From the human T2T-CHM13v2.0 reference genome, Homo sapiens, in NCBI RefSeq assembly GCF_009914755.1, contig NC_060926.1: 64,000 nt of DNA; one strand, written 5' to 3'. The notes under the pieces are model-generated. The model was not told the DNA's origin, ran no database searches, and saw only the letters and a program-made list of their open reading frames with translations. Positions 1-19,693 of the stretch are shown one piece after another. Positions within the stretch are counted from its first letter, which is position 1. Each line of letters begins with the position of its first letter. Position numbers and translations under genes: made by a program.

Positions 1-310
<310 letters not shown>

Positions 311-1039
311 GCCCAGTTAACTTTTTAAAGATTGTAGAGATAGAGTCTCAACATGTTGCCCAGGCTGGCCTTGAGCTCCTGCCCTCAAGCAATACTCCTG
401 CTTCGGCATTCCAAAGTTCTAGGATTACAGGTGTGAGCCGCTCTACCCAGCCGGTTTTCTCTTGCTTTTCTTACAACTATGGGTATCAAAACCAGGGATA
501 TGAATTGTTGTTTTTAAGATTGCAGTGGTTATTTGTGGTGCTTTGAATCTAAATAAAAACTCAATTCTAACTGATGAAAAGGATAATAATATATTAACTA
601 GACAATAATAAAATATACAATGTAGAATACAATACAATAGATATAACAACAGCCACAGAAACACATAGTGAGCACTTAAAAAATGTATATATTTATTTAT
701 TTTTGTAGAGGTGAGGTCTTACTATGTTGCCCAGGTTGGTCTTGAACTCCCAGTCTCAAACAATACTCCTACCTTGCCTCCCAAAGTGCTCAGATTACAG
801 GCATCAGCCAGTGCACCCAGTCTATTGAGTATTTATTATATGCTAGGTCCTGTTCTAAATACTTAACATGCATTTCTTATTTGTCTTTCATAGCAACAAT
901 GTCAACCATCTTGTGTAATAAGGCTCAAAGAGGCTGTCTCACTAGCCCCTGGCCTCCTGGTTGGTTAGTGAGAAAAAAAGAATTCAAACGCAGGTTGGCC
1001 TGACTCTAGGAATCAATTACCAAACCTTATTGTCTAGAT

Positions 1040-1360
<321 letters not shown>

Positions 1361-2380
1361 TGTTTGGAATTTAAATCCCTCCTGTATTCCGAATTGTACA
1401 GAAATTTAACTGAGGATGTTTTGCTTGTCCTGTGTGGTGATTTAAAGATGTTTAAGCAACATTAAAAATCAGTGTTGGGGTAGGTAATTGCCATTGAATG
1501 CACAGTTTTAGGTTTTCGCAAAAAGTGAGAAGATCTGGCTACCCTAAGCTCTTATTTCTCCAAAATGGGAGGCACAGGCTATGTCCAGCTGACCCCTATC
1601 AAGGAGCAGATACACTTGGAGTTGGCCCTGCTCTCTGCGAACACTCTTGTGGCTTCCTGGATTTCTTGCTTCCATCCTTCCTCTCATTTGTCAGTTCTTT
1701 GTCTTTAAGGAAACAGGCCCGATTGCATCAAGCCTGCTGAAAGGCTTCAGTGGTCCTCTATTACCTGAAAGTACTTAAAACCCTGATCTACCCACTTTCT
1801 AGTCTTCGCTGCCCTTCACCTCTATCCGCCCCTTATGTCTTGTACTCTAGCCATGCTGGGCTCCACACTGTCTGCTATGTACCATGCCCCACCATGCCTC
1901 CCTATGTTCATGTCTTTTTCATGCTGTTCTGGTGCCAACAATGTCCTCCTACTTTCTCAATTGTTAAATACCTAATCAGAATTTAAAATCCATTTCAAAT
2001 GTCATCTCCATGGAAGATAGAAAATCCTCTTTTACCTACACAGGGTGAATTCATGTATTTCCTCTTCCATGCTCTGCAGCCCTTCACATCCTGGGCACCT
2101 ACAAAGCTAACCACATTTTACTTTATGGAGTTAATTGTGGGTCTGGCTCCTCTGGCTAGACTCTAAGCTCTCTAAGGGGAAAGGCTCTGACTTATTCCTC
2201 TTTGCATTCCCACAACCAGATACAGTGATTGGCACAGAGTAAAAGCTCAATCAATGCTATTCTTTCTCCCTTTTCCTTAGTGGCAGCGACTTTATCTTAT
2301 CATCCCTGAAATGTTTCTGCTTAACTCAGCAGCGTTAAGACCTGGGACATAAAAGGCACTCAACCGTTATTAAAGGATGA

Positions 2381-2713
<333 letters not shown>

Positions 2714-3732
2714 CATAGCATCTCCTAACCTGTGTCTCACTCCATGTTGAGGTTGGCTGTTCTTGAACCCTTCTTAGTTCCTACCTGCTCAAGTCCACCC
2801 AGCTACCAACACCTATTACCTGCAGACTTTACCCTTCTAATCATTAAACCAATGAGAAAATCTGCTAGTCAACCTATTAGAAAACTTGACTATTCAGGTG
2901 TTGGGGCTTTTTCTGCCAACATATGTTATAGACAGTGTTCTTTGAAGTAATAGAGGTGAGCAAAATCACAAAATACTGCCTAGACATTAAGCTACTTCTG
3001 CCCACCAGCCAGCCTTCCCTCTAATGGGAATTGCATTTTGCTTCACTGGCTTCAGCTTCTTGCCTGAGGTCCCTACTGGGATGGATGCCCAGAATCGGGC
3101 AGTAGCCTGCTAGGTGTGGGTCCCTGGTACCTGGCCAAGCTCCTGATGTCCATATTCATTGCTTTCGCTATCCCTTCTATTGAGTAAATTACTGCTAGAA
3201 ATGCCACGGCCCAGGAAAAAATATACACATTTTCCTGTAACCACCCCTCACACCCTTCTTCTATGTCCAAGTGTCTCCTTATCCACAGAGAGGCAGTATC
3301 ACTTAATGGTGAAATGTGGGGACTCTGGAGTCAGAAAACTCTGGCCTCCAATCCTGGTTTTGCAACTTTTATTTGTATGTGGCACTGGACTAATTCTTTA
3401 ATTTCTGAACATATATCCTTGTTAAATGCAGATACTACTAGTACCTGACTCATATGTTTGTTACGAAAAGATTGAAAAATCAAATGGATGTGAAGTAAAT
3501 GACACTATGCCCGACACCCTTGAAACAGTCTAGGAATGTTGTTGATTATTATTATTGGCTGCGTGGCAGGAAAAAACACTGTGAAAACAGCAGGGAAGCC
3601 TTCCAAAGCTGTGGTCCTTTCAGCAGCTGCTCAACACTTGCTCACTGCTGCATGGGTTATATTATACAGCACCGAGAAGCCAGCTTTACATATCTGGAAA
3701 TAGATTCCAGATACTTAAAGAATGTGATTTTT

Positions 3733-5167
<1,435 letters not shown>

Positions 5168-5529
5168 TCAGTATTTTCCTGTGGAATAAAACCTCAGAGG
5201 AGAGTCATCTGAACATTCCATTAGATTTTATCTCTAAAATTATAGTGATGTGTATTATAGCTCATGGAGAATGTTTTGTTTGTTTGAGCTAATAGAGGTA
5301 TTAAAATTGATAGCCTCAACAATGAGGAAGGGGGTAGAAAAGTGACCCCTTCCTACTGTGTCACCATTTTTTAAAAGCTTCCTGGAGAGTAGCAGTTACA
5401 ATGAATCCTCACCAGCCCTGGACAAGCTGAGATATGGCAGTTTAAATAGTTTGAGTGTCTGTCATTAAGAACACCACTGGGTTGGTGCCTGTATCTGCTG
5501 TACCTACCTCCTAGTTTTTTTTTTTTAAG

Positions 5530-5820
5530 CTTTTATTTTTGAGATGGAGTCTCACTCTGTTGCCCAGGGTGTAGTGCAGTGGTACAATCTCAGCTCACTG
5601 CAACCTCTGATTTTCTGGCTCAAGCAGTTCTCCTGCCTCAGCCTCTAGGTAGCTGGGATTACAGGCACCCACCACAGTGCCCAGCTAATTTTTGTGTTTT
5701 TAGTAGAGACGGGGTTTCACATGTTGGCAAGGCTGGTCATGAACTCCCGACCTCAGGTGATTCGCCCACCTCAGCCTCCCAAAGTGCTGGGATTACAGGC
5801 ATGAGCCACTGTGCACAGCC
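5530..5820 (-). repeat. AluS
   Basis: Full Alu consensus. Confidence 0.88.
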
Positions 5821-6090
5821 CCTTTTTAAGCATTTTCTTACTTCCTGGAACCACAAGATATTCCAGACTCATCCTGTAGTTCCTCTGCCCCAGCCCTGGA
5901 ATTAAATGCTTCTGCTAGAAGCTCTAGTTCCTCTTATTGCAGACCAAGATCTGAGTACTAGGTGTGTACTTATTTCCTAAAATGTCGTTACTTCTAGGCC
6001 TTCTCAGCAGACGGAGCTACAAAATATATGTATGTCTAACTCATACTGCTCCTTGTGGAGCAGGACTACCCTACAGTTAGTACAGGGTAC

Positions 6091-6112
6091 TATCTATCTG
6101 TCTGTCTGTCTG

Positions 6113-6186
<74 letters not shown>

Positions 6187-6238
6187 GTCATCTATCAATC
6201 ATCTATCTATCTATCAATCATCTATCTATCTATCTATC
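6091..6238. repeat. (TCTA)n tetranucleotide microsatellite, continued at 6926-6967
   Basis: Direct tandem repeat visible in the sequence. Confidence 0.95.
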
Positions 6239-6925
6239 TGATATGGTTTGGCTGTGTCCCCACACAAATCTCATCTTGAATTGTAGCTCCCCTAACTCCC
6301 ATGTGTCATGGGAAGGACCCAGTGAGAAGGGAAGCAATTGGATCACAGGGCGGGTCTTTCCCGTGATGTCCTCATGATAGTGAATAAGTCTCACAAGATC
6401 TGATGGTTTTATAAAGGGGAGTTCCTCTGCATAAGCTGTCTTGCCTGCCACCATGTAAGACGTGCCTTTCTCCCCCTCTGCCTTCCTCCATGGCCTTGTA
6501 GCCATGTGGAACTGTGAGTCAGTTAAACCCCTTTCCTTTATAAAATACCCAGTCTTGGGTATGTTGGGTATGTCTTTCTTTCTTTCTTTTTTTTTTTTTT
6601 TTGAGACAGAGTCTCACTCTGTCACCCAGACTGGAGTGCAGTGGCATGATCTCATCTCAGCTCACTGCAACCTCTGCCTCCTGGGTTTAAGCAATTCTCT
6701 GCCTCAACCTCCCAAGTAGCCAGGCTTACAGGTGCATGCCACCACACCAGGCTAATTTTTGTATTTTTAGTAGAGACAGGGTTTCACCATGTTGGCCAGG
6801 CTGGTCTCGAACTCCTGACCTTGTGATCCACCCACCTCGGCCTCCCAAAGTGCTGGGTTTATAGGCGTGAGCCACTGAACCCAGCTGGGTATGTCTTTAT
6901 TAGCAGCATGAGAACAAATGAATAC
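6239..6925. mobile_element. THE1/MST MaLR LTR interrupted by an Alu (about 6578-6886)
   Basis: TGATATGGTTTGGCTGTGTCCCCAC...TAGCAGCATGAGAAC; Alu TSD GGGTATGTCTTT. Confidence 0.85.
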
Positions 6926-6969
<44 letters not shown>

Positions 6970-7579
6970 AAAATGGGTTTTATATGGATAACTCTGATTT
7001 TGGTCTAGTACTGCAGGGTTCATTTAGCTTTCCTTCTTTTCATATATGTATATATTCCTGTTCATATTTACAGATGGACAATACATTACAGAAGAATGGC
7101 TTTATTTGAGTAACCCCGAGAACTTGGAAGCATTGTTGTTCTCATCTGCCTGTTCAGGAATCCTCTTATAGCAGATATCTATTACCTTTTTTGGCCCAAT
7201 GTCTCTTCTATCTGAGAGCAGCTCCTCCACAGGTGGTTCTAGCAATCACAAGACCCACTCTCCCCAACACAGGTGGGCATGTGACTGAGGCTGGCCAGTG
7301 AGAGTACACCATCCTCAAAATTCAAGGTGGCAGCTCACCCCGGCAAGACAAACAGAAGTCCCTGGAGACCTGATTCAGTTGTTCAGGGAGAGAGACAGAG
7401 AGTTTGAACACTAGTGAGCCAGTTGTTCTCGGGTTTCTGTGGACTATCTCGTTGGGGAAGCCTGTTTAAGAATGAAGCCCACATAGAGGAAGGCATGTCA
7501 TTGAACCCTGGAATCCATTTCTGCATGACAACAGCTGTGACTTCCTAGTTCTGTAAGTCAGTTAATCCTTTTTCAGTTT

Positions 7580-7885
7580 AAAATTTTTCTTTTTTTTCTA
7601 GACAGTCTCACTCTGTCACCCAGGCTGGAGTGCAGTGGCACGATCTCAGCCCACTGCAACCTCCACCTCCCAGGCTCAATCAAGCCAATCCTTCCACCTC
7701 AGCCTCCCAAGCAGCTGGGACCACAGGTGTGTGCCACCACACCCAGCTAATTTTTTGTATTTCTTGTAGAGACAGGGTTTTGCTATGCTGGCCAGGCTGG
7801 TCTTGAACGCCTGAGCTCAAGTGATCTGATTGCCTCGGCTTCCAGAAGTGCTGGGATTACAAGCTTGAGTCACCATGCCTGGTCC
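7580..7885 (-). repeat. AluJ
   Basis: Alu consensus, diverged. Confidence 0.85.
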
Positions 7886-8479
7886 AGTTTAAACTTTTTT
7901 GATCGAGCATCTGTCACTTGCAATCAAATGAATCAAATACATCTCCTTAGAATCATATAAACAAACCCCGTGAATAAGAAGAGACCTCATAGTTAAGCTC
8001 AGCCCACATCCATACAGAAATCCTCTTTATTGTTCGTGAATGACTAAGCACCTCATTGAATAGGAAGTTCGCTACTGGGTAAGGCAGCCCATTACATTGC
8101 TGGATACTTCCAGCTGCCTTAAAGCCTTTTAAAATGCTGAGCCCCATATCAGACTCCCACGAATTACACCCATTGGTATTAATTCTGTATTGCGCTCACA
8201 CAGAAAATTAGTCCAGGCTCTTTTTCACATGGTAGCCTTTTAAATATATAAAAATACTAACTTTTTCTTTTCCAGTCTCAATGGACTTAGTTTCTTCAAC
8301 TGCTCTTAGGAGAGAGTTTTTAGATTCTTTACAATCCTAGTGTCCTTTTTAGAAGATAAGACATTTTAGTAATGATCCCTTTACAATGTATTGCCTAGGA
8401 TTGAGTAATTTGTTTAACTAGTTTGGAGCACAGTAGACTTATTTTTTGTATTCTAGTTACTATAGGTTTATAAATATAC

Positions 8480-8777
<298 letters not shown>

Positions 8778-9411
8778 GGTTTATAAATATAATTACATTA
8801 TGTTTAGGCAAGCTGCCTCATACCTAAGACACCCTTCTTTAAGCTTTGCACCTCATGATAATTTTTTAAAAGCCCCAAGTACAAAATGCAACTCTTAGGA
8901 CATTAAAAAGATAATACAATGTAACAATAACAGTTAATATGTATGTGTGTATTTATTTTTATTTTTTAGAGACCAGGTCTCACTATGTTGCCCAGGCTGG
9001 TTGTGAACTCCTGGGCTCAAGTGATCCTCCTGCTTCAGCCTCCTGAGTAGCTGGGCCTGCAGGTGCAGACCACTGCACCCGGCTAACAGCTAACATTTAG
9101 TGAGTTACTATATGCCAAGCATTTTATAGCATTATATATTATATACTATTGTTTACATCTCACAAAACCCTGTAAAGTGGGTTCTATTACTATCCCCATT
9201 AGATGAAAAAACTGCAGCTTAGAGAGGTTAAGTAGCTTCTCTGATTTTTCACAAGATCCTGGAAAGCTAGGATCCAAGTTTGACTTCAGACTGGGTTGTT
9301 TATTCATTAAAGTCTTGAGAATGCAGAGGCAATGCCTTCAACAGAAAATCAGCTAGATGATTATAGTAAACAGTAACTGTGACAACAGAAGTATTTAACA
9401 CATTTTAATGA

Positions 9412-9763
<352 letters not shown>

Positions 9764-9900
9764 TGCTGCTGCTTCTTAAGTGCAAAATAGTGTATTTTGA
9801 ATCCTATAATGAAGGATGAGGGAAGAGTTAAAAATTTTTAAATAGAGCCTGATTAGATACATATTAAAGAGGAAGAGTTGTGAAGAACACAAGAGCATTA

Positions 9901-10347
<447 letters not shown>

Positions 10348-10569
10348 TTAACTGCAGGACATAAAAATCATGAAGAAAAATCTGAAACATGGGGAACGGA
10401 GTGGTCTCTGTGGAGAGCCTGATGATGAGACTTAGCTGAGAATAGATGAGTTTAATTTTATGGAAAGAAAAAATAATAAGGTAAGATAAGGTTTATCTTA
10501 TTTTCCAAGCCAGAACCCTGAAAGGGTGAGGTAGGTGTCCACAAAGTCAGAGTGAGTAGGAGAGGGTAG

Positions 10570-11870
<1,301 letters not shown>

Positions 11871-12068
11871 GGAAAGGGTATGCTTCAAAGCCAGAGTCTG
11901 GTGACCGCATAGGGCTTTGGGATCTGGGTTTATTTGCAGTGCTTTCCTTTCATGTGGTACATAAAGCCCCAAAGGTATGAGAACATAAACGGTATTTGTG
12001 AGCTATATCAACAGTTCTGAATTCCCATCTTCTATACCAGAGTCAGCTGGGAGTACGCGGGTTCAGAC

Positions 12069-12515
12069 TGTCAACCTAAGTAACAGAGAGGGACTCTCTA
12101 AAAGTAAATGATATTTCTTTGGGAATGAAGCATTGCAATGGGAATATGCGTGCCACAGTAAACTATGTGCATATTCAGGGAGGTAAAAGAAGACAAAGGT
12201 TTTCAAAGGAAAAAATGAGGAGGATTGCATAATTGTTTTGAAATAATTATCCTTGGCTACAAAGATCGTTAACGAGGGTGACACCCGTCCGAGGTTGGAC
12301 AGGCAGTTGCTGGGCAGATGTCTTTGCAGAAGTATTTTTTATATAAGGTTGCAATGTTCTGTGTGCAAGGTTGTGGTTTTTGCAGAGTCTTTTGTGATAG
12401 TTTTTTGTTATCAAGCATATAAGCACAAGAATGTTCTCTTCATAACCTTCCCTGTCCCTATTTGTCAGGGTTTCATTTTCTTATACTTGGTCACTCTAGT
12501 TTGATTCTGACAACT
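12069..12515. mobile_element. probable ERV1-class solo LTR, family uncertain
   Basis: TGTCAAC...CTGACA termini and LTR-like composition. Confidence 0.45.
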
Positions 12516-12835
<320 letters not shown>

Positions 12836-12955
12836 TGATTCTGACAACTTTCACAAGGCAGAAAGACAAACATCACTTAAGGGAAATATTCGAAGCAACC
12901 TGGAGGTGCATAGCTTGGGTGTTATTTTAATTTTTTTTCTTTGCGGCTTTTTTGC

Positions 12956-12987
<32 letters not shown>

Positions 12988-13574
12988 TAGAGATGGGGTT
13001 TTGCCATGTTGTCCAGGTTGGTCTGGAACTCCTGGGCTCAAGTGATCTGGCTGTCTTGTCCTCCCAAAGTGCTAGGATTACAGGTGTGAGACACTGTGCC
13101 CAGCCAGGTGTTATTTTTAGAGTCAAGTTGGTGGCTTTCAAATGCAGAAATGGGCAGTAGAGGAATAACACTGCACACTCTCCATTATCTCTGAATACAA
13201 TCAGATTGATTTGAGATAGCTTAAGATGAGGGGGATGAGGATAGCTTTATAGGTCTGTAGACACTTAGAGAGAGAAGGAAGAACAGTGGAAGTCAGCCAA
13301 ACAATGTTTGGAATAGGTATCCATTTTTTTTTTAAATAAAAGAGATTAAGATTTCTGTAAAAGAAAAACTATTCATGAATAATGGTAAGAAAAAAATGTA
13401 CAGGATATTAAACAGTTCGTTGAGAGAAACCACAGAGATTGAGCTTGAAGATGAAGTGGAGGAAATATTTGAACACGGATGTGGGGTCTGTTTTATTCAT
13501 GAACTCAATGTTTCATAAATTACATGTGGGCCTGTCAGACGTTGAGAAATGGAGGAAGAAGACATAGAGATCTT

Positions 13575-13954
<380 letters not shown>

Positions 13955-14939
13955 TAACTCAAGACCAATTGGCAAGCCTCTCTTCACTATCTCTTAGGAA
14001 ATGCTTAGGATGTGTCACAAAGATCTCAAACAATTTATATTTGCTTAATAACCACTGGCTGAATTATAAGATTAACCTGCATATATACTGCATAGCTGAG
14101 CATATTTTAAAAGTGCAGAATAATCTCTATTTGTGATTTTGGAAAAGGCTTTTAAATCATACTTGCCTTCCTTCTGGCCAGCACAGGGTGGAGCTCTTAT
14201 CCAGACTAAATAAAAGCATTTTCTAAATGGAAGGGATGGAAGCTACTTTAAACAGTTGGCACTTAGGAATTTTTATCCATTTAGTCTCTGTGTGGCACAG
14301 AAGGCTTCCAACTCTTTGCTTAAAAAAAGAAAAAGAAATAGTAGAGTCACAAATCAAAAATAAAGGAAGATGTGAGAAGCAGAGTACAAAGAAAAAGGAG
14401 ATTCATGAATCATGAATGGAAACACTTGTTAATAATAAATTCCACTGATGGTGAATTTAAGCACAGCTGAGTTGTGTAGACCTCATAGTCTCATGATCTT
14501 GTTCCTAAGCAAGGTAAATGTCTCCCGGGTGTTTAGATGGTTCAGTGGCCTAATCAACAGAAAGTTCAGTTTGGAATGGGTCATAGCCCCCTCGTTACCA
14601 TCACTGGGTCTCTGTGGCTCTCTCTGCTGGGGCCATCTGTCCACGCCACGTTCACTGCCTGACTCTGTCACCAGGCCAGGTCCTGGCCCAGGAAAGAATA
14701 TTTGCAATCCATAGTTGCTCTGCCTGTGGATGGTGGTTAGTTTGATTTGGAAAGAAGCAATAAGTCCCATCTTGGTCCTGGATCCAAATCTTGTTTTCCA
14801 ATAAAGCTTTATCATTATTAAATATTAGGGATATTTGGATATCCAAAATAAATAAGTAAAATAGTATACCTAAGTAAAATGTAAATCAGAGGAGAGAAAT
14901 TATTTGAAAATTGTGTAATTATTTTCAGAATTAAGGTCT

Positions 14940-15635
14940 CGGCCAAGGTGGGCAGATAACGAGGTCAGGAGTTCGAGACCAGCAGCCTGGCCAACATAGT
15001 GAAACCTCGTCTCTACTAAAAATACAAAAAATTAGCCAGGCGTGCTGGCAGGTGCCTGTAGTCCCAGCTACTTGGGAGGCTGAGGCAGGAGAATCGCTTG
15101 AACCCAGGAGGCGGAGATTGCGGTGAGCCGAGGTCGCACCACTTTACTCCAGCCTGGGCAACAAGAGTGAAACTCCGTCTCAAAAAAAAAAAAAAAAAAA
15201 GAAAAAAGAAAAAAAAGAATTAATGTCTCAGTGGGGCCCAGGCATCAGCATTTTTAGAAAGCTCCATGGGTGGCTGAGTGTGGTGGTTCATGCCCGTAAT
15301 CCCAGCACTTTGGGAGGCCGCTGAGTGTGGTGGCTCATGCCCGTAATCCCAGCACTTTGGGAGGCCACGGCAGAGGGATCCCTTAGGCCAAAAGTTCAAG
15401 AACAGCCTGAGCAACATAGGGAGATGCCTATCTCCACAAAAAAAATTGTTTAAGTCAGGTGTGGTGATGCACCCCTGTAGGCCCAGCTACTCAGGAGGCT
15501 GAAGCAGAAGGCTCGCTTGAGCCCAGGAGTTCGAGGCTGCAGTGAGCTGTGATTGTACCACTGCACTCCAGCCTGGGCAACAGAGTGAAAACCTGTCATA
15601 AAATAAAATAAAATATAAAATAAAATAAAATAAAA
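14940..15635 (+). repeat. two Alus (14940-15220, 5'-truncated; 15272-15635, AluJ)
   Basis: Alu consensus with A-rich tails. Confidence 0.88.
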
Positions 15636-15639
15636 ATCC

Positions 15640-15900
15640 GAGGCAGCAAGTCTGGAGTGAGGCCTGAGATTCTGCTTTTCTGACAAGTTCCCAGCGCATG
15701 CCCTGTGCTACTGGTTTTTGGACCACACTTTGAGAAGAAAGGCTTGTATTCAGTGGGTCCCAAATGTTCCACATCATAACCCTTCCCAGGAGAGCTGGTT
15801 AAGCCTCACAGATGCACAGGGCGCTCCTTGAAGGTTGCTGATTCAGGAGGTCTGGGAGTCTGCGTTAAAAGCTGCCCAGCTGATTCTCATGGCTTGCATG
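15640..15900. mobile_element. MER5-type hAT DNA transposon fragments
   Basis: GGCCTGAGATTCTGCTTTTCTGACAAGTTCCC...CCACACTTTGAGAA signature. Confidence 0.6.
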
Positions 15901-16419
15901 CCTGCTGGAGAAAGGCTGCCCTGACTTCCTCTACGGAGTTGATTGTTTGCCTGGCTTTTGTTGTTTTACTTACTAAAGCTTCAAAATCTTATTCTCTTTC
16001 TTAATAATTCTAAATATGGGTGTATAGGCAGCATGATATTTTTTAGTATTCAATTCAGTTTTCAAAAATTTTTTGATTACCTGGTAGGTAGTACTTTCTA
16101 GTACAATGGACAAAAAATAAAAAATGATCGAAAACAATACTTTGATTCCATTTAACTAATTGTGTTGGCATTGTTCTTGCTGACCTCTATGTTCTGGGTT
16201 CTAAAAAACTGGCTAAGAAGTTATCATCAAGAAAAAACATGAGTTTTTTAAAATTAATTTATTGTTTTAAATGAAAGATATATTTTCATCATGTTAAGCT
16301 GCTGAACTTTTTTTTTTTTTTTTTTGAGATGGAGTTTCGCTCTTATCGCCCAGGCTGGAGTGCAATGGCGCGATCTCAGCTCACTGCAACCTCTAAGTCG
16401 CTGAACATTTGGCATCATT

Positions 16420-16950
16420 TGTTGGAGGAGTTAGCCCTTCCTGATGCATACATTCTTCTTTGCTTTGTGCCTTTAAAACTGGGGTGCCCCAGGGACTTCT
16501 CCATCTACACCTACACACAGTCCTTTGGTGATCCTATCCAAACTTAGGACTTTAAATACCACCTACTGTCTAATGATTTGGAAACACAGATCTCCAGCCC
16601 ACGCCTCTTTCTTGAGCAGGCTAGTATAACCAGCTGCCTGGTTAATAACTCCACTTGGATATTCATGGATATTTTCAAACTCTTCTCATCCAAAACGAGA
16701 TGTCTGATTTTTTCCTAAACCTACTCCGCCTGGTAGTTCTCCCTGTATCGGTTGGAGCAACTCCATTCTTATAGCCGCTCAGCCCAAACCTCTCTCACAC
16801 CCACATCTAATCCATCCAGAGTTTTTGTCGGCTCTCCCTTCCTAATATATTCAAGATCCGACTGCCTCTCACCTCTGTCAATGCTACAACCTGCCTGAAG
16901 CCACCATTCTCTCTTGCCTAAATGACTGCAGCAACTTGCTAGCTCTTGTC
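16420..16950. mobile_element. L2 fragment
   Basis: CCATCTACACCTACA...GGACTTTAAATACCACCTA...TCCAAAACGAG pattern typical of L2. Confidence 0.6.
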
Positions 16951-17141
16951 TTTTTTCTTCCTCTCCCCTTCCTTTTTCTTTTTATTGTAAAGTTTCTTCA
17001 AATAACCTTAGCCATTGGTAGTAACAGGAGCAACCTGTATTGCAAAACATTGTATTTTCAATATTCTAATTTTGCTTTTAGAGGAAAAAAATTGTTGTTT
17101 AAAGAAAGCTGGAAGGAACTAGGTGTGGTTAACTGACCTAA

Positions 17142-18020
<879 letters not shown>

Positions 18021-18439
18021 TCGTTTTTGCTTTGGAGCTCAGGTTCTAGATCCTTCTCTGAGCCTTCTAATGACATCTCTTCTGTCTCAGTTAAGATCTG
18101 ATCAACAATGAATAATGTCATGTCCCTCTCAAATCTGGCTTTAACCATCTGACTACCATCTCCCTTGCTTCTCCCCTCTGGGCCCCTAAACTTCAGTTAG
18201 GGTGAATTATTCAGTGTTTCCCCTATGTGCCATGCTTTCTTCCCTGTGGGACAAGATTAGTTCACGACATTTCCACCACCTTTATACCCATTTCCTCTAA
18301 ATCCATAGAACCTAATAGTAATAGTCAACACTTGGTGAGCACTTACTCTGCGCCAGGCAGTGTGTTAAGTGTTTATGGTAATTTTATCATTTTAACCCCA
18401 CACTATATAAGGTAGACCATTTATGATCCCTATTATACT

Positions 18440-18850
18440 GCCAGGTATGCCCTGCCCAGATCCCCCTGGGTCCTCTTTTCCAGCTCTGCATGCTCAGACC
18501 CCTGTGGGCTTGGCTGCAAATGCTTTCTCTGGAAACTTCTGCACATTACCCCTCACTGGGGGGAGAGTGGAAAGGCTCTGGGAGTTTGTGTCCCTCTCCC
18601 CCCTTGCCAGTGACAGAAGGAACTGGTGTAGGAACACAAGCACCCAGATCGTTGGCCTCAAGGAGGGAGAGGTTGAAGTGTGAGCCATGCTCCAGGACTC
18701 TCCAAGGATCAGCCTGAGCTGGCTTCTTCCCCTTCCCTGGCTTGCTTCCCTACTCCTTCACTTTTCTTCTTGGAAGCACATTCCCCAGTAAATCACCTCC
18801 TTTCCAATCCTTGCTCATGACCTGTGTCTGGAGGAACTCAACCTAAGACT
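18440..18850. mobile_element. LTR16-like ERVL solo LTR
   Basis: Ends GGAGGAACTCAACCTAAGAC; old diverged LTR pattern. Confidence 0.5.
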
Positions 18851-19389
18851 CTTGCCTGGCTCATGCAAGGTACAGTTGCTATTCAAACCCGAGCAGTCTA
18901 AATCCTACCACAGTTTAGGGTTCAAATCCCTCTGTTATAACGCCTGTCATGTCAGTATGATGACTCTGTTTCAATTTCTTTTTCCTAGAAAATGTTAGAA
19001 ATTTTACCCGGGGAATCTTGGAGCAGTATCTTTGATGTTTGCTCACAGTTCTGAGTGTGGTACTGGGAGTATTCAAAGTCCTTTCTAGCGATGGGTGAGG
19101 TTGCATTTGGAGCATCTCACAATACTCTGATAAATGTCTTGAGCGTCTTCCTCCATGCACCCACAGCCCTGTGGACATGCATCCATCTATTATGCTACTG
19201 GGATCATGATTTCAAAAATTATTTTGGATCTTCTGCTCACGGCCCTAGACTGTGGACTCCTGGGGGCCAGGATACTGGCCTATTCATGGTTGTTTCCCAG
19301 TGCAGAGCAAAGCGTCTAAATAGAGGTGTTCATCTTTTTGGATGCAATTCTGTACTACAAGAAAGTGGATTTAGAACTGTGGTTCTCAA

Positions 19390-19693
19390 GGCCGGGCGTG
19401 GTGGCTCACACCTGTAATCCTAGCACTTTGGGAGGTTGAGGCGGGCGAATTGCTTCAGTCCAGGAGTTCGAGACCAGCCTGGGCAACATGGCAAAAAACC
19501 CTGTCTCTACAAAAAATACAAAAATTAGCTGGGTGTAGTGGCATGTGCCCGTAGTCCCAGCTACTTGGGAGACTGAGGTGGGAGGATCACCTGAACCTGG
19601 GGTGGCTGAGGCTTCAGTGAGCCGTGATCACACCACTGCACTCCAACCTGGGTGACAGAGTGAAATCCTGTCGTTAAAAAAAAAAAAAAAAAA
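19390..19693 (+). repeat. AluJ inside MER5A
   Basis: TSD AGAACTGTGGTTCTCAA. Confidence 0.88.

Noticed and set aside
6032-6279. IYLS-repeat ORFs
   Set aside because: Translation of the (TCTA)n microsatellite
14483-14815. Minus-strand ORF MIKLYWKTRFGSR...RQSNYGLQIFFPG faintly resembles crystallin exon 2 motifs ([12 protein letters not shown]; [11 protein letters not shown])
   Set aside because: Motif spacing is about 14 residues too short, there is no clear nucleotide similarity and no splice context; probably chance. A tBLASTn would settle it.
19055-19417. 120-aa plus-strand ORF
   Set aside because: Runs through L2-like, MER5 and Alu sequence; no recognisable domain
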